The translations under genes and the position numbers were made by a program. From Parasphingorhabdus sp. (GTDB lineage Bacteria > Pseudomonadota > Alphaproteobacteria > Sphingomonadales > Sphingomonadaceae), in assembly GCF_048269865.1 (NCBI RefSeq), contig NZ_JBLWUA010000009.1, forward strand, positions 44,683 through 108,682: DNA of 64,000 bases. Direction: 5' to 3'. Of the stretch, positions 18,568 through 27,806 are shown piece by piece (position 1 is the stretch's first letter; each line of letters begins with the position of its first letter). The notes beneath the pieces were generated by a model that saw nothing but the letters and a program-made list of their open reading frames with translations, ran no database searches and had not been told where the DNA came from.

Positions 18568-19714
18568 CGTATATCCTTTGCGCGTCGGCGAGCGTCAATT
18601 CTCTGGGATTGTTGACGAGCAGCCGGGTCTGCAGCATCGCCGCTTCGGCCAGTTCGGTGGTGGCCTCCTGTTTGATGCCGATCTCGCGCAATTTGCGGGG
18701 TGCCTTCACCTTGACCGCGAGCGATTCCAGATAGTCGATAAATTGCTGGGCGCGGGCTTCCTCACTATTCTCGCTACCGCGCGGCACATCCAGCGCATCG
18801 GCCAGCTGCGCATAGAGCGGCGCGGCGGCTTCGAGATTGAACTGCATGACATGGGGCATGACCAGCGCATTGGAGAGGCCGTGCGGGACATGATAGATGC
18901 CGCCAAGCGGATAGGCGAGCGCATGGATCGCACCTACCGGGCTGTTGGCAAAGGCCTGGCCGGCGAGCATCGAACCGCGCAGCATCGCCTCTCGCGCCTG
19001 CATATTCTGGCCGTCAGAACAGGCGGTTTCGATATTGCCGGTGAGCAGTTTCAACGCCTCGATCGCCAGCATGTCGGAAACCGGGTTTTTTGCGTGCTGG
19101 CTAGTAAAGGCTTCAATCGCGTGCACCATCGCGTCGATGCCGGTGGCAGCGGTTACGTTCGCGGGCAGCCCGAGCGTCAGCGCAGGATCGAGCAGCGCGA
19201 CATCGGCGAACAGATGAGGTGAGACGATTCCGGCCTTAGTGGTCTCACCGGTCGTCAGGATCGAGATGGCAGTCACTTCCGATCCGGTGCCCGAAGTGGT
19301 CGGGATCAGGATGGTGGGCAGGCCCTTGCGTTCGAGCGCGCCGACGCCATAGATTTCTGCCAGCGGCTGGGCGTCGTCGACGGCAAGTGCAGCCACGACC
19401 TTGGCGGTGTCAAGCGAACTGCCGCCGCCGAGACCGATGACGATATCAACGTTCGCTGCCTTCGCGGCGTCGATCGCCTGCAAGACAATTTTCTCAGGCG
19501 GGTCGGGGACCACTGCATCGAACCGCACGCTATCGAAACCGGCGGACCGCAGGGTCTCTTCGACCGGACCAATCAGGCCGGCATCGACGATACCCTTGTC
19601 AGTAACGATCATTGGCCGGGAGGCTCGCAGGGCAGCGATCTGTTCAGGCAGCCGGGAAAGACAGCCCTCGCCAAAATGGAGCACGGGGACGGTCTGGAAT
19701 ATATAGTTTTTCAT
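18554..19714 (-). CDS. Iron-containing (group III) alcohol dehydrogenase
   Basis: GGGSSLDTAK and histidine-rich metal motifs. I chose the start MKNYIFQT at 19714 because the longer ORF would run into the terminator at 19750-19778. Confidence 0.85.
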   Translation of the reverse strand: MKNYIFQTVPVLHFGEGCLSRLPEQIAALRASRPMIVTDKGIVDAGLIGPVEETLRSAGFDSVRFDAVVPDPPEKIVLQAIDAAKAANVDIVIGLGGGSSLDTAKVVAALAVDDAQPLAEIYGVGALERKGLPTILIPTTSGTGSEVTAISILTTGETTKAGIVSPHLFADVALLDPALTLGLPANVTAATGIDAMVHAIEAFTSQHAKNPVSDMLAIEALKLLTGNIETACSDGQNMQAREAMLRGSMLAGQAFANSPVGAIHALAYPLGGIYHVPHGLSNALVMPHVMQFNLEAAAPLYAQLADALDVPRGSENSEEARAQQFIDYLESLAVKVKAPRKLREIGIKQEATTELAEAAMLQTRLLVNNPRELTLADAQRIYDAAW

Positions 19715-19749
19715 GAAATCAGTCTTTGCACCGATGGGTCTGTCGCGCA

Positions 19750-19778
19750 ATAAAAAGGGGCCGGAAAAACCGGCCCCT
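19750..19778 (-). terminator. Rho-independent terminator of the TBDR gene
   Basis: GGGGCCGG-aaaaa-CCGGCCCC hairpin. On the minus strand a T-run (TTTTTATT) follows it. Confidence 0.75.
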
Positions 19779-19818
19779 GATTGTCTGATGACAATTTGTC
19801 ACCAAATTTCCTGTATGT

Positions 19819-22362
19819 CTAGAACTTGCCGCGAAGGGTCAGGCCGTAGCTGCGTGGCTCCTGGACAAACGCCGAACGCGAGCCGGAACGCAGCACCGTG
19901 TTGAAGGTCACACCGCGGGTCACTTCGTTGGTCAGGTTGGTCACGAAGGCTTCGATGCCCCAGGTATCTTCTTGGCTACCGATACCGGCGCGCAGGTTGA
20001 TCTTGATATTGCCATCCTGATCATCGAACGGAACCGGAATGTTCGCTGCGAGATTTGCAGGATCAATCGCCTGGGTAGACGTCCGCCGATCACCTTCAAA
20101 ACGCATCTGCGCGTTCAGGAAGTATTTCAGGTTGGTACCAATTTCATTGGTATAGGTAGCCCCTGCAATACCTACGACGTCTGGTGCGTTGGTCAGCGAA
20201 TTGCCACACAAGGAGACAACGTTCGCTGCGGTTTGCGTCCCGGCACAATCATTAGGATAATTGGCATCGGTAATCGTCAAAGCCGCATTGACCGTGAAAT
20301 GGTCGCTCGGACGGATTGTCGATTCAATTTCCACACCCTGTGTTTCCGCCTTCGGCACGTTGAACGTCTGGAACTGGGCACCAGTGAATTCCAGAACCTG
20401 GAAGTTCGAGAATTCTTCGCGGAACGCCGCCACATTCAAGGTGACCGCATTGTCGAGGAATTTGGCTTTCAGACCGATTTCATAGGAGTCCACTTCTTCG
20501 GACAGGAAGCGCGGATCAGCGCCGCCAGCCGCAGCGGTGGAGTCGAGGTTGAAACCGCCCGACTTATAGCCGTGGGTAAAGCTGGCATAGATGTTGATCG
20601 GATCGGCAAAGGCGTAAGACACTTTACCTGTGTAGATCAGCTCATTGTCGCTGAACGTGCCGTTAAAGGTCCGCGGCGACGGCAGCACGGCTGCAAATGG
20701 TGCATCTGCCGGCGCGGTGAAGGCGAAACAACCCAGGCCGAAGAACGCATTTTGCAGGGCCGCTGGCAAGCCACTCAGGCCACCGCCAGGCGAGACCTGG
20801 CCAACGATTGCCGGACAAACAGGGTTGTTGTTGCCACCGCTTGCAAAACCACTGTCCTTGCTTTCATCCGAATAACGCAGACCCAGTGTCAGCTCGAGGC
20901 CATCGGTTACTTCAAGCGTGTTGTGCGTGAAGATCGACCAGCTTTTGCTGTTCTGGACATATTGGTTGTTGTTGGTGATCGTCGAAGGATCGAAGCCCGT
21001 GATATTCTGCAGCGGCGTGGCACCAAAGAAAATAGGGCTTGCGGGATTGAGGCTCGCGCCTCCGGTGGCACCCGCCAGAATCGCTCCCACGAGCCGGTCA
21101 TAATCTGCGCCCAGCGCAAATGACACACTCTGCGAAATGTCTTCCTTTGAATAATAGCCACCAACGAGCCAGTTCAAGGCGCCATCGAAAGCGTCACCCT
21201 GAATACGCAGTTCGTGTGTCATCGTTTCAATCGACGTACGGTTGTCGGTGACGTTGAAGACATCGAGACCCGAGAAATCGGAGTCATAGGCTTCGACAGC
21301 ATCATATTCGCGATAAGAACCGATGTAGATCAGATCCGCGCTGTCACTGAGCGGCACTTCAATTTCACCGGTCACGCCCCATTGATCAAAGGTCGTCTGT
21401 GGAGCGAAGTTGGCGGTGGCAATGCGATTGTCGGCCGCAATCTCGGCATTCGTCGTATCAAAAGGATTAGACGGAACAACCGGCGCTGCCATACCGCCAC
21501 GGACACCCAGGCCAACAGCGGCGAACAGGCCAGATGTTTCGAGTGGCGATTTCAGCACTTCAACAGCTGCACAGCAACCGGCGGAGCTTTTCGCATAATC
21601 GCCGATCAGACGGCCGCTGATGCCGCTATCAGTTTCAAAGCCGAGCTGGCCACGCACCAGATATTGATCGCTGCCGTTCGAGTCACCGACTTTTGCACCG
21701 GTCCGGTCGACGACGGTCACATAGCCATCACGCTGCCGATAGGCACCCGTGACGCGCAGAGCGAGATTGTCCTGAACGAGAGGTACATTGACGGCACCCT
21801 GCACGCTGTACAGGTCTCGATTGCCATAGGTGGCATTGGCGAAACCGCCAAATTCGTTGAGGTCGGGACGAACATTTGTGATGTTCAAGGCGCCGGCAGA
21901 GGTGTTGCGGCCGAAGAGCGTACCCTGTGGGCCGCGCAAGACCTCGACGCGTTCCACGTCGACGAATTCGGAAAGGGCAACGCCGGGGCGCGACTGATAG
22001 GCACCATCGATGAAAATACCGACAGCCGATTCAAAACCGATATTGTTGGATGTCGTACCGACACCGCGGATCCGCAGCACGACCGAGCCCGACGCCAGCT
22101 GGGCGTTGGACGTAGAGAAGCTGGAGGAGACATTGGTGATCTGGCCGACGCTGACGACGCCCTGCCGTTCCAGTTGAACCGGGCTGACCGCGGTCACGGC
22201 AAGAGGAATGTCCTGCACGTCCTGTGCGCGGCGCGTCGCCGTCACGATGATAACATTTTCGTCGAAAGATTCGGCTTCTTGTGTCGCGTCCTGCGCGTAA
22301 GCCGGTGTGGTCATGGCAGTTGTGCAAAGCGCCGCCATGAGGAATTTATTGATGATTTTCAT
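19819..22362 (-). CDS. TonB-dependent receptor
   Basis: Signal peptide MKIINKFLMAALCTTAMTTPAYAQD with GGGAGA 7 nt upstream. Plug motifs (IIVTATRR..., VLRGPQGTLFGRNT) and C-terminal ...LTLRGKF. Confidence 0.9.
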   Translation of the reverse strand: MKIINKFLMAALCTTAMTTPAYAQDATQEAESFDENVIIVTATRRAQDVQDIPLAVTAVSPVQLERQGVVSVGQITNVSSSFSTSNAQLASGSVVLRIRGVGTTSNNIGFESAVGIFIDGAYQSRPGVALSEFVDVERVEVLRGPQGTLFGRNTSAGALNITNVRPDLNEFGGFANATYGNRDLYSVQGAVNVPLVQDNLALRVTGAYRQRDGYVTVVDRTGAKVGDSNGSDQYLVRGQLGFETDSGISGRLIGDYAKSSAGCCAAVEVLKSPLETSGLFAAVGLGVRGGMAAPVVPSNPFDTTNAEIAADNRIATANFAPQTTFDQWGVTGEIEVPLSDSADLIYIGSYREYDAVEAYDSDFSGLDVFNVTDNRTSIETMTHELRIQGDAFDGALNWLVGGYYSKEDISQSVSFALGADYDRLVGAILAGATGGASLNPASPIFFGATPLQNITGFDPSTITNNNQYVQNSKSWSIFTHNTLEVTDGLELTLGLRYSDESKDSGFASGGNNNPVCPAIVGQVSPGGGLSGLPAALQNAFFGLGCFAFTAPADAPFAAVLPSPRTFNGTFSDNELIYTGKVSYAFADPINIYASFTHGYKSGGFNLDSTAAAGGADPRFLSEEVDSYEIGLKAKFLDNAVTLNVAAFREEFSNFQVLEFTGAQFQTFNVPKAETQGVEIESTIRPSDHFTVNAALTITDANYPNDCAGTQTAANVVSLCGNSLTNAPDVVGIAGATYTNEIGTNLKYFLNAQMRFEGDRRTSTQAIDPANLAANIPVPFDDQDGNIKINLRAGIGSQEDTWGIEAFVTNLTNEVTRGVTFNTVLRSGSRSAFVQEPRSYGLTLRGKF

Positions 22363-22517
22363 GTATATTCTCCCGTTGATCCCGCTGCCGTTGTCGCCAT
22401 TTTCCTGGGGGCTGGCTTGTTGTTCCAACAGCGGTGCTTGCGTCCGTCTGTTAATTGCTCCATTAAATCAAGCAGCGAAGGGCGGATACATGCCGATTCC
22501 GTGCAGAACGTTGCAAA

Positions 22518-22531
22518 AATGTTACAACATT
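22518..22531. promoter_or_regulatory. Zur/Fur-family-like palindrome AATGTT-AC-AACATT in a divergent promoter
   Basis: 6-nt inverted arms with a 2-nt centre. It lies 53 nt upstream of the DUF3604 start and about 156 nt upstream of the TBDR start. Confidence 0.4.
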
Positions 22532-22583
22532 CTGTGGAGAAAATCGCCAATATCAGTAGTCGCGTCCAGGGAGGGATAGTGCA

Positions 22584-24476
22584 ATGATATACAAATTTTT
22601 ATCTGTTGCCGCATGCTGTGCTGTTATCGGTGGCTGCTCGGGAGAGGAAGCCGTAGCGGAAGAAGCGCGGGTCGCTCTGACCTCCCCGGACACAGCCAAT
22701 CCCGACCGCGACGTCTATTTCGGCGACCTTCACATTCACACCAAGAACAGTTTTGACGCCTATATATTCAACGTCCGAACCACCCCCGATGATGCCTATG
22801 AGTTTGGCATGGGCGGTACAATCAAACATCCGCTGGGCTATGACCTGAAGCTGGAAGGGCCGCCGCTCGACTTCATGGCGGTCACCGATCACGCCGCTTA
22901 TCTTGGCCATCTTGAAGCTATGAATACGGACGGAACCGCTCTGTCGAAGCTGGATATGGCCAAGGCCATGTTCAGCACGGATCCCGAGAAAATCGTCGCC
23001 GCCTTTCAATTGATTGGCGGGGCGGTCCGGGACGGAGTGAAGATGAAAGGGGTCTATGATCCCGACATCGTGCAAAATGTCTGGCAGCAAACCGTGAATT
23101 CCGCCGATAAATATAACCAGCCCGGCAAGTTCACAACCTTTGCCGGTTACGAATATACTTCCGTTCGGGTGACCCGTGGCGAAGAGGGCGGGTTCGCCGG
23201 CGGCAATCTGCATCGCAATGTCATTTTCCGGGGCTCCGCTCCGGCCATGCCGTTCGCCACCCTCGATTCGACCAATCCGGAAGACCTGTGGACGTGGATG
23301 GATGACCAGCGCGAAGCCGGCAACGATGCCATATCGATCCCGCACAACAGCAATGTCTCAGACGGCGAGATGTTCAAGATGGAAACCTATGACGGCCAGC
23401 CACTGACCAAGGCCTATGCACTGAAACGGATGCGCAACGAGCCGATCGTCGAGATAACGCAGGTCAAGGGTACCTCGGAAACCCACCCGTCGCTGTCACC
23501 CAACGACGAATGGGCCGATTTTGAGATTTATGACAAGTTGCTGGGGTCCCAGGTGACGTCGAAAACGGCGAAAGGCGATTATGTACGCCAGGCGCTTGCC
23601 AACGGACTGAAGCTGGCGCTGACGATCGGGGCCGACCCGTTTCACTTCGGATTTATCGGGTCCAGTGACACCCATGTTGCGGGCGGATCTTTTGACGAGA
23701 AGAATTTCTGGTCCAAAATCGGCATTGTCGACGGCTCTCCGGAAGCACGGGGCTCCATTCCGCCGGGCGGCAAGAAGAGCTGGGAAGGCGTAACCGTCGA
23801 GCCTCGCGCGGCGAACTGGTTCTCGCGCTGGAGCGCCTCCGGCTATGCCGCTGTCTGGGCCGAGCAGAATAGCCGCGAAGCCATCTTCGACGCGATGCGG
23901 CGCAAGGAAACCTATGCGACCACTGGCACGCGCATCAAATTACGCTTCTTTGGCGGCTTCGGCTTTGATGAGGCTATGCTGGATGATCCGCAAATGGTCA
24001 GCAAGGCCTATAAGGGCGGTGTCCCGATGGGCGGCGATCTGGTTGGTGCGACCGCGCCCGGCTTTATCGTCTGGGCCATGCGGGATGCGATGAGTGCACC
24101 GCTGCAGCGAGTGCAGATCATCAAGGTCTGGAACGATGGTGGCGAAGCGAAAGAGAAAGTTTTCGATGTGGCCTGCAGCGATGGCGGCACCCCCAATGCA
24201 AATTTCCGATGCCCGGACAATGGTGCAAAAGTCGATTTGAGCAATTGCGCGATCTCGACCGACAAGGGTGCACCGGAGCTAAAAACCTTCTGGCGCGATC
24301 CAGAGCACAGAGCCGGTCAGCGAGCCTCTTATTATGTCCGGGTGCTGGAAAATCCGGTTTGCCGCTGGTCGACCTGGGACGCATTGCGGGCTGGCGTACC
24401 GCCCAATCCGGCCTTGCCGAAAACGATTCAGGAGCGGGCATGGTCGTCGCCAATCTGGTATGTGCCAACGGCCTGA
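22584..24476 (+). CDS. DUF3604-family lipoprotein (PHP-like metal-dependent fold, function unknown)
   Basis: Lipobox ...AVIGGC-SGEE, then YFGDLHIHTKNSFDAY and later HNSN/GSSDTH-type metal motifs. 630 aa. GGGAGGGA RBS. Confidence 0.7.
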   Translation: MIYKFLSVAACCAVIGGCSGEEAVAEEARVALTSPDTANPDRDVYFGDLHIHTKNSFDAYIFNVRTTPDDAYEFGMGGTIKHPLGYDLKLEGPPLDFMAVTDHAAYLGHLEAMNTDGTALSKLDMAKAMFSTDPEKIVAAFQLIGGAVRDGVKMKGVYDPDIVQNVWQQTVNSADKYNQPGKFTTFAGYEYTSVRVTRGEEGGFAGGNLHRNVIFRGSAPAMPFATLDSTNPEDLWTWMDDQREAGNDAISIPHNSNVSDGEMFKMETYDGQPLTKAYALKRMRNEPIVEITQVKGTSETHPSLSPNDEWADFEIYDKLLGSQVTSKTAKGDYVRQALANGLKLALTIGADPFHFGFIGSSDTHVAGGSFDEKNFWSKIGIVDGSPEARGSIPPGGKKSWEGVTVEPRAANWFSRWSASGYAAVWAEQNSREAIFDAMRRKETYATTGTRIKLRFFGGFGFDEAMLDDPQMVSKAYKGGVPMGGDLVGATAPGFIVWAMRDAMSAPLQRVQIIKVWNDGGEAKEKVFDVACSDGGTPNANFRCPDNGAKVDLSNCAISTDKGAPELKTFWRDPEHRAGQRASYYVRVLENPVCRWSTWDALRAGVPPNPALPKTIQERAWSSPIWYVPTA

Positions 24477-24493
24477 TCTGACGGGAAACTTGC

Positions 24494-25318
24494 GTGAAAA
24501 TATTCCGTGACCCAATCACGCATTTTGTCCTGATCGGACTGGCACTGGTCGCTTTAAACGCAATCTGGAACGGCTGGCAGGGAGAGCAAGGCCGCACCAT
24601 CATTGTCAGTGCAGCGGAGATCGGGCGGCTCGAACAAATCTGGGCTAACACCGCAGGGCGTGTGCCGACCGGAGCAGACCGGCAACAAATTATCGATCAA
24701 TATGTCCAAGAAGAAGCGCTTGTGCGTGAAGCCGAACGACTGGGCCTAGGCGATGGCGATACGATCATCCGCCGGAGGCTGGCGCAAAAAATGGCTTTTC
24801 TGGTCGGTGATGAAACCAAGATCGATGATCCAACGGATGCCGAATTGAAAGACTGGTTCGCCGATCACAGCGACCGCTTTGCGGCCCCCGAAATGCGTAG
24901 TTTTAACCATGTCTATTTCAGTCCGGAAAGACACGGATCGGCGGTCGAGGCAGCCGCCAAAACCGCGCTTGATCAACTACGGTCCGGCGCCGAATGGAAA
25001 GAGCTGGGTGATCCCTTCATCCAGAAACGCAGCTACGCCGCGGTGCCGGAACGGGAAGTCGCCAGACTGTTCGGACCGGAATTTGCGAAGGACATATTTA
25101 GGCTGGGCAAAGGCGAATGGAGCGAGCCGATCGGGTCTGCCTTTGGCCTGCATCTGGTCCGTATCGCGGCGATCGACAGCGCAGCGAAAGCGCGTTTCGA
25201 ACCCATTCGGGAGGAAGTGCTGGCTGCTTGGCAGGATGAACAGCGCACCAATGCCAAACGGGCGGCGCTTGAGGACCTGATTGGCCACTACAAGGTGGTC
25301 GTCGAGAAAACGCAATGA
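24494..25318 (+). CDS. Membrane-anchored parvulin-type peptidyl-prolyl isomerase-like protein
   Basis: N-terminal TM helix (ITHFVLIGLALVALNAIW). C-terminal rotamase-like block ...FNHVYF...GEWSEPIGSAFGLHLVRI. GTG start 18 nt after the DUF3604 stop. Confidence 0.65.
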   Translation: MKIFRDPITHFVLIGLALVALNAIWNGWQGEQGRTIIVSAAEIGRLEQIWANTAGRVPTGADRQQIIDQYVQEEALVREAERLGLGDGDTIIRRRLAQKMAFLVGDETKIDDPTDAELKDWFADHSDRFAAPEMRSFNHVYFSPERHGSAVEAAAKTALDQLRSGAEWKELGDPFIQKRSYAAVPEREVARLFGPEFAKDIFRLGKGEWSEPIGSAFGLHLVRIAAIDSAAKARFEPIREEVLAAWQDEQRTNAKRAALEDLIGHYKVVVEKTQ

Positions 25319-26316
25319 AGAGTAGCGAGCACTCATTGCTTCGCGGTGCTCTGGCGCTCTGGCTGTTGGCGCTGATACTGGCGATGCTGGCGAGCCCCGC
25401 TACGGCTCATGAAATCAGGCCGGCGGCGCTGACCATCAGCGAGCAGGCCGATGGCAATTTGTCCGTGATCTGGAAACAGCCGGTGTTGTCGGGACGCAAG
25501 CTCAGGATGCGGCCGATCCTGCCCGAGCAATGCGCTCCACCCGAACAGACGCAGCAGGAATTTACCGGCACCGCAACCGTTGAAAGCTGGCAGACCGCTT
25601 GCCGTCTTGACCGGGGCGAGATCAGAATCGAAGGCCTTGAACAGACGCTGACCGATGTCTTTGTCCGGGTGAAATTTGCAAACGGAAGCGAACTAACCAG
25701 GGTGTTGCGGCCGGCAAGCACGGGCTTTTCGCTGGCGAACGAAAGCGGAAACTCCCCGGCCAGCGCCTATCTGCGGATCGGCGCGGAGCATATGTTATTC
25801 GGCTGGGATCACCTTCTGTTCGTTCTCGGCCTGCTGTTGCTCACTCCGGTGCGCCGGATTTTATGGGTGATTACTGCCTTTACCGCTGGCCACAGCCTGA
25901 CACTGGCGATCACAGCGCTGGGCCTGTTCCGTCTGCCCAGCGGGCCGGTCGAGTTGTTGATTGCGCTCAGCATTTTCTTTCTGGCGGTTGAGGTTGTCCG
26001 CAAGCAGGCCGGCAAAACCAGTTTCACCATCCGCCAGCCCTGGGTCGTCGCGATGGCCTTTGGTCTTTTGCACGGGCTTGGATTCGCTGGCGCACTGTCC
26101 GAGATCGGTCTGCCCAGGGGCCAGGAAATCTGGGCATTGCTGCTGTTCAATCTGGGCGTGGAAATCGGCCAGATTCTGTTTGTCGCTGCGGTTCTGGCCG
26201 GTTACTGGCTGATCAGCCGCCTGCCCGTTGACCGGCAAAATTTGCTTTTCCGCCCTGCCCTCTATCTGGTCGGCTCGCTCGGCGCCTATTTTACGATGAC
26301 CCGTATATTCATCTGA
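25315..26316 (+). CDS. HupE/UreJ-family membrane protein with an extra N-terminal periplasmic domain
   Basis: ATGA overlap with the PPIase gene. The signal peptide ends ...ATA-HEIRP, so the mature N-terminus would be His. About 150 soluble residues precede the HupE_UreJ-like TM core (GWDHLLFVLGLLLL...AGHSLTLA...LLHGLGFAG...GVEIGQ). Confidence 0.7.
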   Translation: MKSSEHSLLRGALALWLLALILAMLASPATAHEIRPAALTISEQADGNLSVIWKQPVLSGRKLRMRPILPEQCAPPEQTQQEFTGTATVESWQTACRLDRGEIRIEGLEQTLTDVFVRVKFANGSELTRVLRPASTGFSLANESGNSPASAYLRIGAEHMLFGWDHLLFVLGLLLLTPVRRILWVITAFTAGHSLTLAITALGLFRLPSGPVELLIALSIFFLAVEVVRKQAGKTSFTIRQPWVVAMAFGLLHGLGFAGALSEIGLPRGQEIWALLLFNLGVEIGQILFVAAVLAGYWLISRLPVDRQNLLFRPALYLVGSLGAYFTMTRIFI

Positions 26317-26381
26317 AATCACTCTTGGCGGTTGATATGATCACCGTTAGAGAGAAGCGAACACAAGCTTAAGGACAATCT

Positions 26382-27068
26382 ATGCCGCAACTCATTCTGC
26401 TTCGCCACGGCCAGTCGCAATGGAATCTCGAAAACCGCTTTACCGGCTGGTGGGATGTCGATGTGACGGAAAAGGGGGTCGAAGAAGCAAAGGCGGCAGG
26501 CCAACTGATGAAAGAACGCGGCATTGATCCGAATGTCTGCTTCACCAGCATGCAGACAAGGGCGATCAAGACGCTCAATCTCGCGCTTGAGGAAATGGGT
26601 CGGCTGTGGTTGCCGGTGGAGAAAAACTATCGGCTGAACGAGCGTCATTATGGGGGACTGACTGGTCTCAACAAGCAGGAGACCCGGGACAAACATGGCG
26701 ATGAGCAGGTTCATATCTGGCGGCGCAGCTTTGATACGCCTCCACCGCCAATGGCATCAGACAGCCCATACCAGATGTCCAATGACCCGCGCTACAAAGG
26801 GATAGAAGTTCCGACTACAGAAAGCCTGAAAGATACGATCGCGCGCGTGTTACCTTACTGGAAGAGCCGGATCGCGCCCGAATTGCAGAATGGAAAAAAG
26901 GTTCTGATTTCGGCCCATGGCAACAGCCTTCGCGCGCTGGTCAAACATCTCTCCAAAATTCCGGATGACGAGATTACCGGTCTCGAAATTCCGACGGGCC
27001 AGCCAATTGTTTATGAACTTGATGACGATCTGAACGAGATCGAGCGCTATTATTTGTCCGAGCGATAG
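26382..27068 (+). CDS. gpmA: 2,3-bisphosphoglycerate-dependent phosphoglycerate mutase
   Basis: LILLRHGQSQWNLENRFTGWWDVD..., ERHYG, SAHGNSLRAL motifs. 228 aa. Confidence 0.95.
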   Translation: MPQLILLRHGQSQWNLENRFTGWWDVDVTEKGVEEAKAAGQLMKERGIDPNVCFTSMQTRAIKTLNLALEEMGRLWLPVEKNYRLNERHYGGLTGLNKQETRDKHGDEQVHIWRRSFDTPPPPMASDSPYQMSNDPRYKGIEVPTTESLKDTIARVLPYWKSRIAPELQNGKKVLISAHGNSLRALVKHLSKIPDDEITGLEIPTGQPIVYELDDDLNEIERYYLSER

Positions 27069-27069
27069 T

Positions 27070-27090
27070 CAGAGCGGCTAGGCCGCTCTG
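27070..27090. terminator. 9-bp GC-rich hairpin after gpmA, overlapping the 3' end of the convergent GGDEF gene
   Basis: CAGAGCGGC-tag-GCCGCTCTG starts 2 nt after the gpmA TAG. There is no strong T-tract. Confidence 0.45.
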
Positions 27091-27557
27091 CCGTTTGAGC
27101 CATATGTCGTGAATTCGGCCCGGGCCATCATTCCGTCGGTCGTATCCTGCGGCCCCATGCAGCAATAATCGATGGAAGCACCGAAGGGAATCCGCTCACA
27201 GGTATGGAAGATTTCCTCGCCGTTGAGATGGCTCAAGAGGAACGCGATCTTGTTCTCGACCTGATCGCCGTTCAAATGCTCAAACAGCAGGCCGAATTCG
27301 TTCCCTGCGATGCGCGCTGCCACATCACTGTCCCGAATCTGCCGTGTCAAAATTTTTGCCACACGCACCAACAGCGCGTCGCCGACTGTGCGGCCGTGCG
27401 CCGCGTTCACCACTTTCAAATTGGCAACATCGAGAAATAATATGGCACAATTGTCGCCATGGGTCACACATCGCTGACGCCGGTAGTCCAGGTTCTCTAC
27501 AAAAAAACGCCGGTTTGCTATCCCAGTGAGCGTATCCTGATAAGTGTACGGCTCCAT
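27078..27557 (-). CDS. Minimal stand-alone GGDEF-domain protein with a degenerate active site (AGNEF)
   Basis: 159 aa with no sensor domain. LTGIANRRFF...LFLDV...RDSDVAARIAGNEFGLL: RxxD lies 5 residues upstream of AGNEF. The C-terminal AD.A(M/L)Y.AK block is degenerate. Confidence 0.75.
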   Translation of the reverse strand: MEPYTYQDTLTGIANRRFFVENLDYRRQRCVTHGDNCAILFLDVANLKVVNAAHGRTVGDALLVRVAKILTRQIRDSDVAARIAGNEFGLLFEHLNGDQVENKIAFLLSHLNGEEIFHTCERIPFGASIDYCCMGPQDTTDGMMARAEFTTYGSNGRAA

Positions 27558-27596
27558 CTCCCATAGTCCTTTTTTTGGAACTTAAAAATTGACAAT

Positions 27597-27613
27597 GGAA
27601 ATATAATATTTCC
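27597..27613. promoter_or_regulatory. Perfect 17-nt palindrome GGAAATAT-A-ATATTTCC upstream of the degenerate GGDEF gene
   Basis: It lies 40-56 nt upstream of the start at 27557, inside a very AT-rich intergenic region. Confidence 0.3.
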
Positions 27614-27806
27614 AGAAGATGGTTTATTAAAATAGTTGAATAAATATATGATGTATTTTTATGATTAAATAATAAACTATTTTTAGAGGCGTTATCCTGC
27701 AGCCAATTATATTGCAGATGAAATTCTGAAGACTTTGTGAGATGCAAAACGAGCACCGGGCCTATGCTGCAAGGCGGCTGAACCGTCGTGCCGAAGCGCG
27801 GAACCT

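Noticed and set aside
27586-27612. TTGACA followed by TATAAT on the plus strand between the GGDEF genes.
   Set aside because: The spacing is only about 7 nt, and both flanking genes are on the minus strand, so there is no plus-strand gene to drive.
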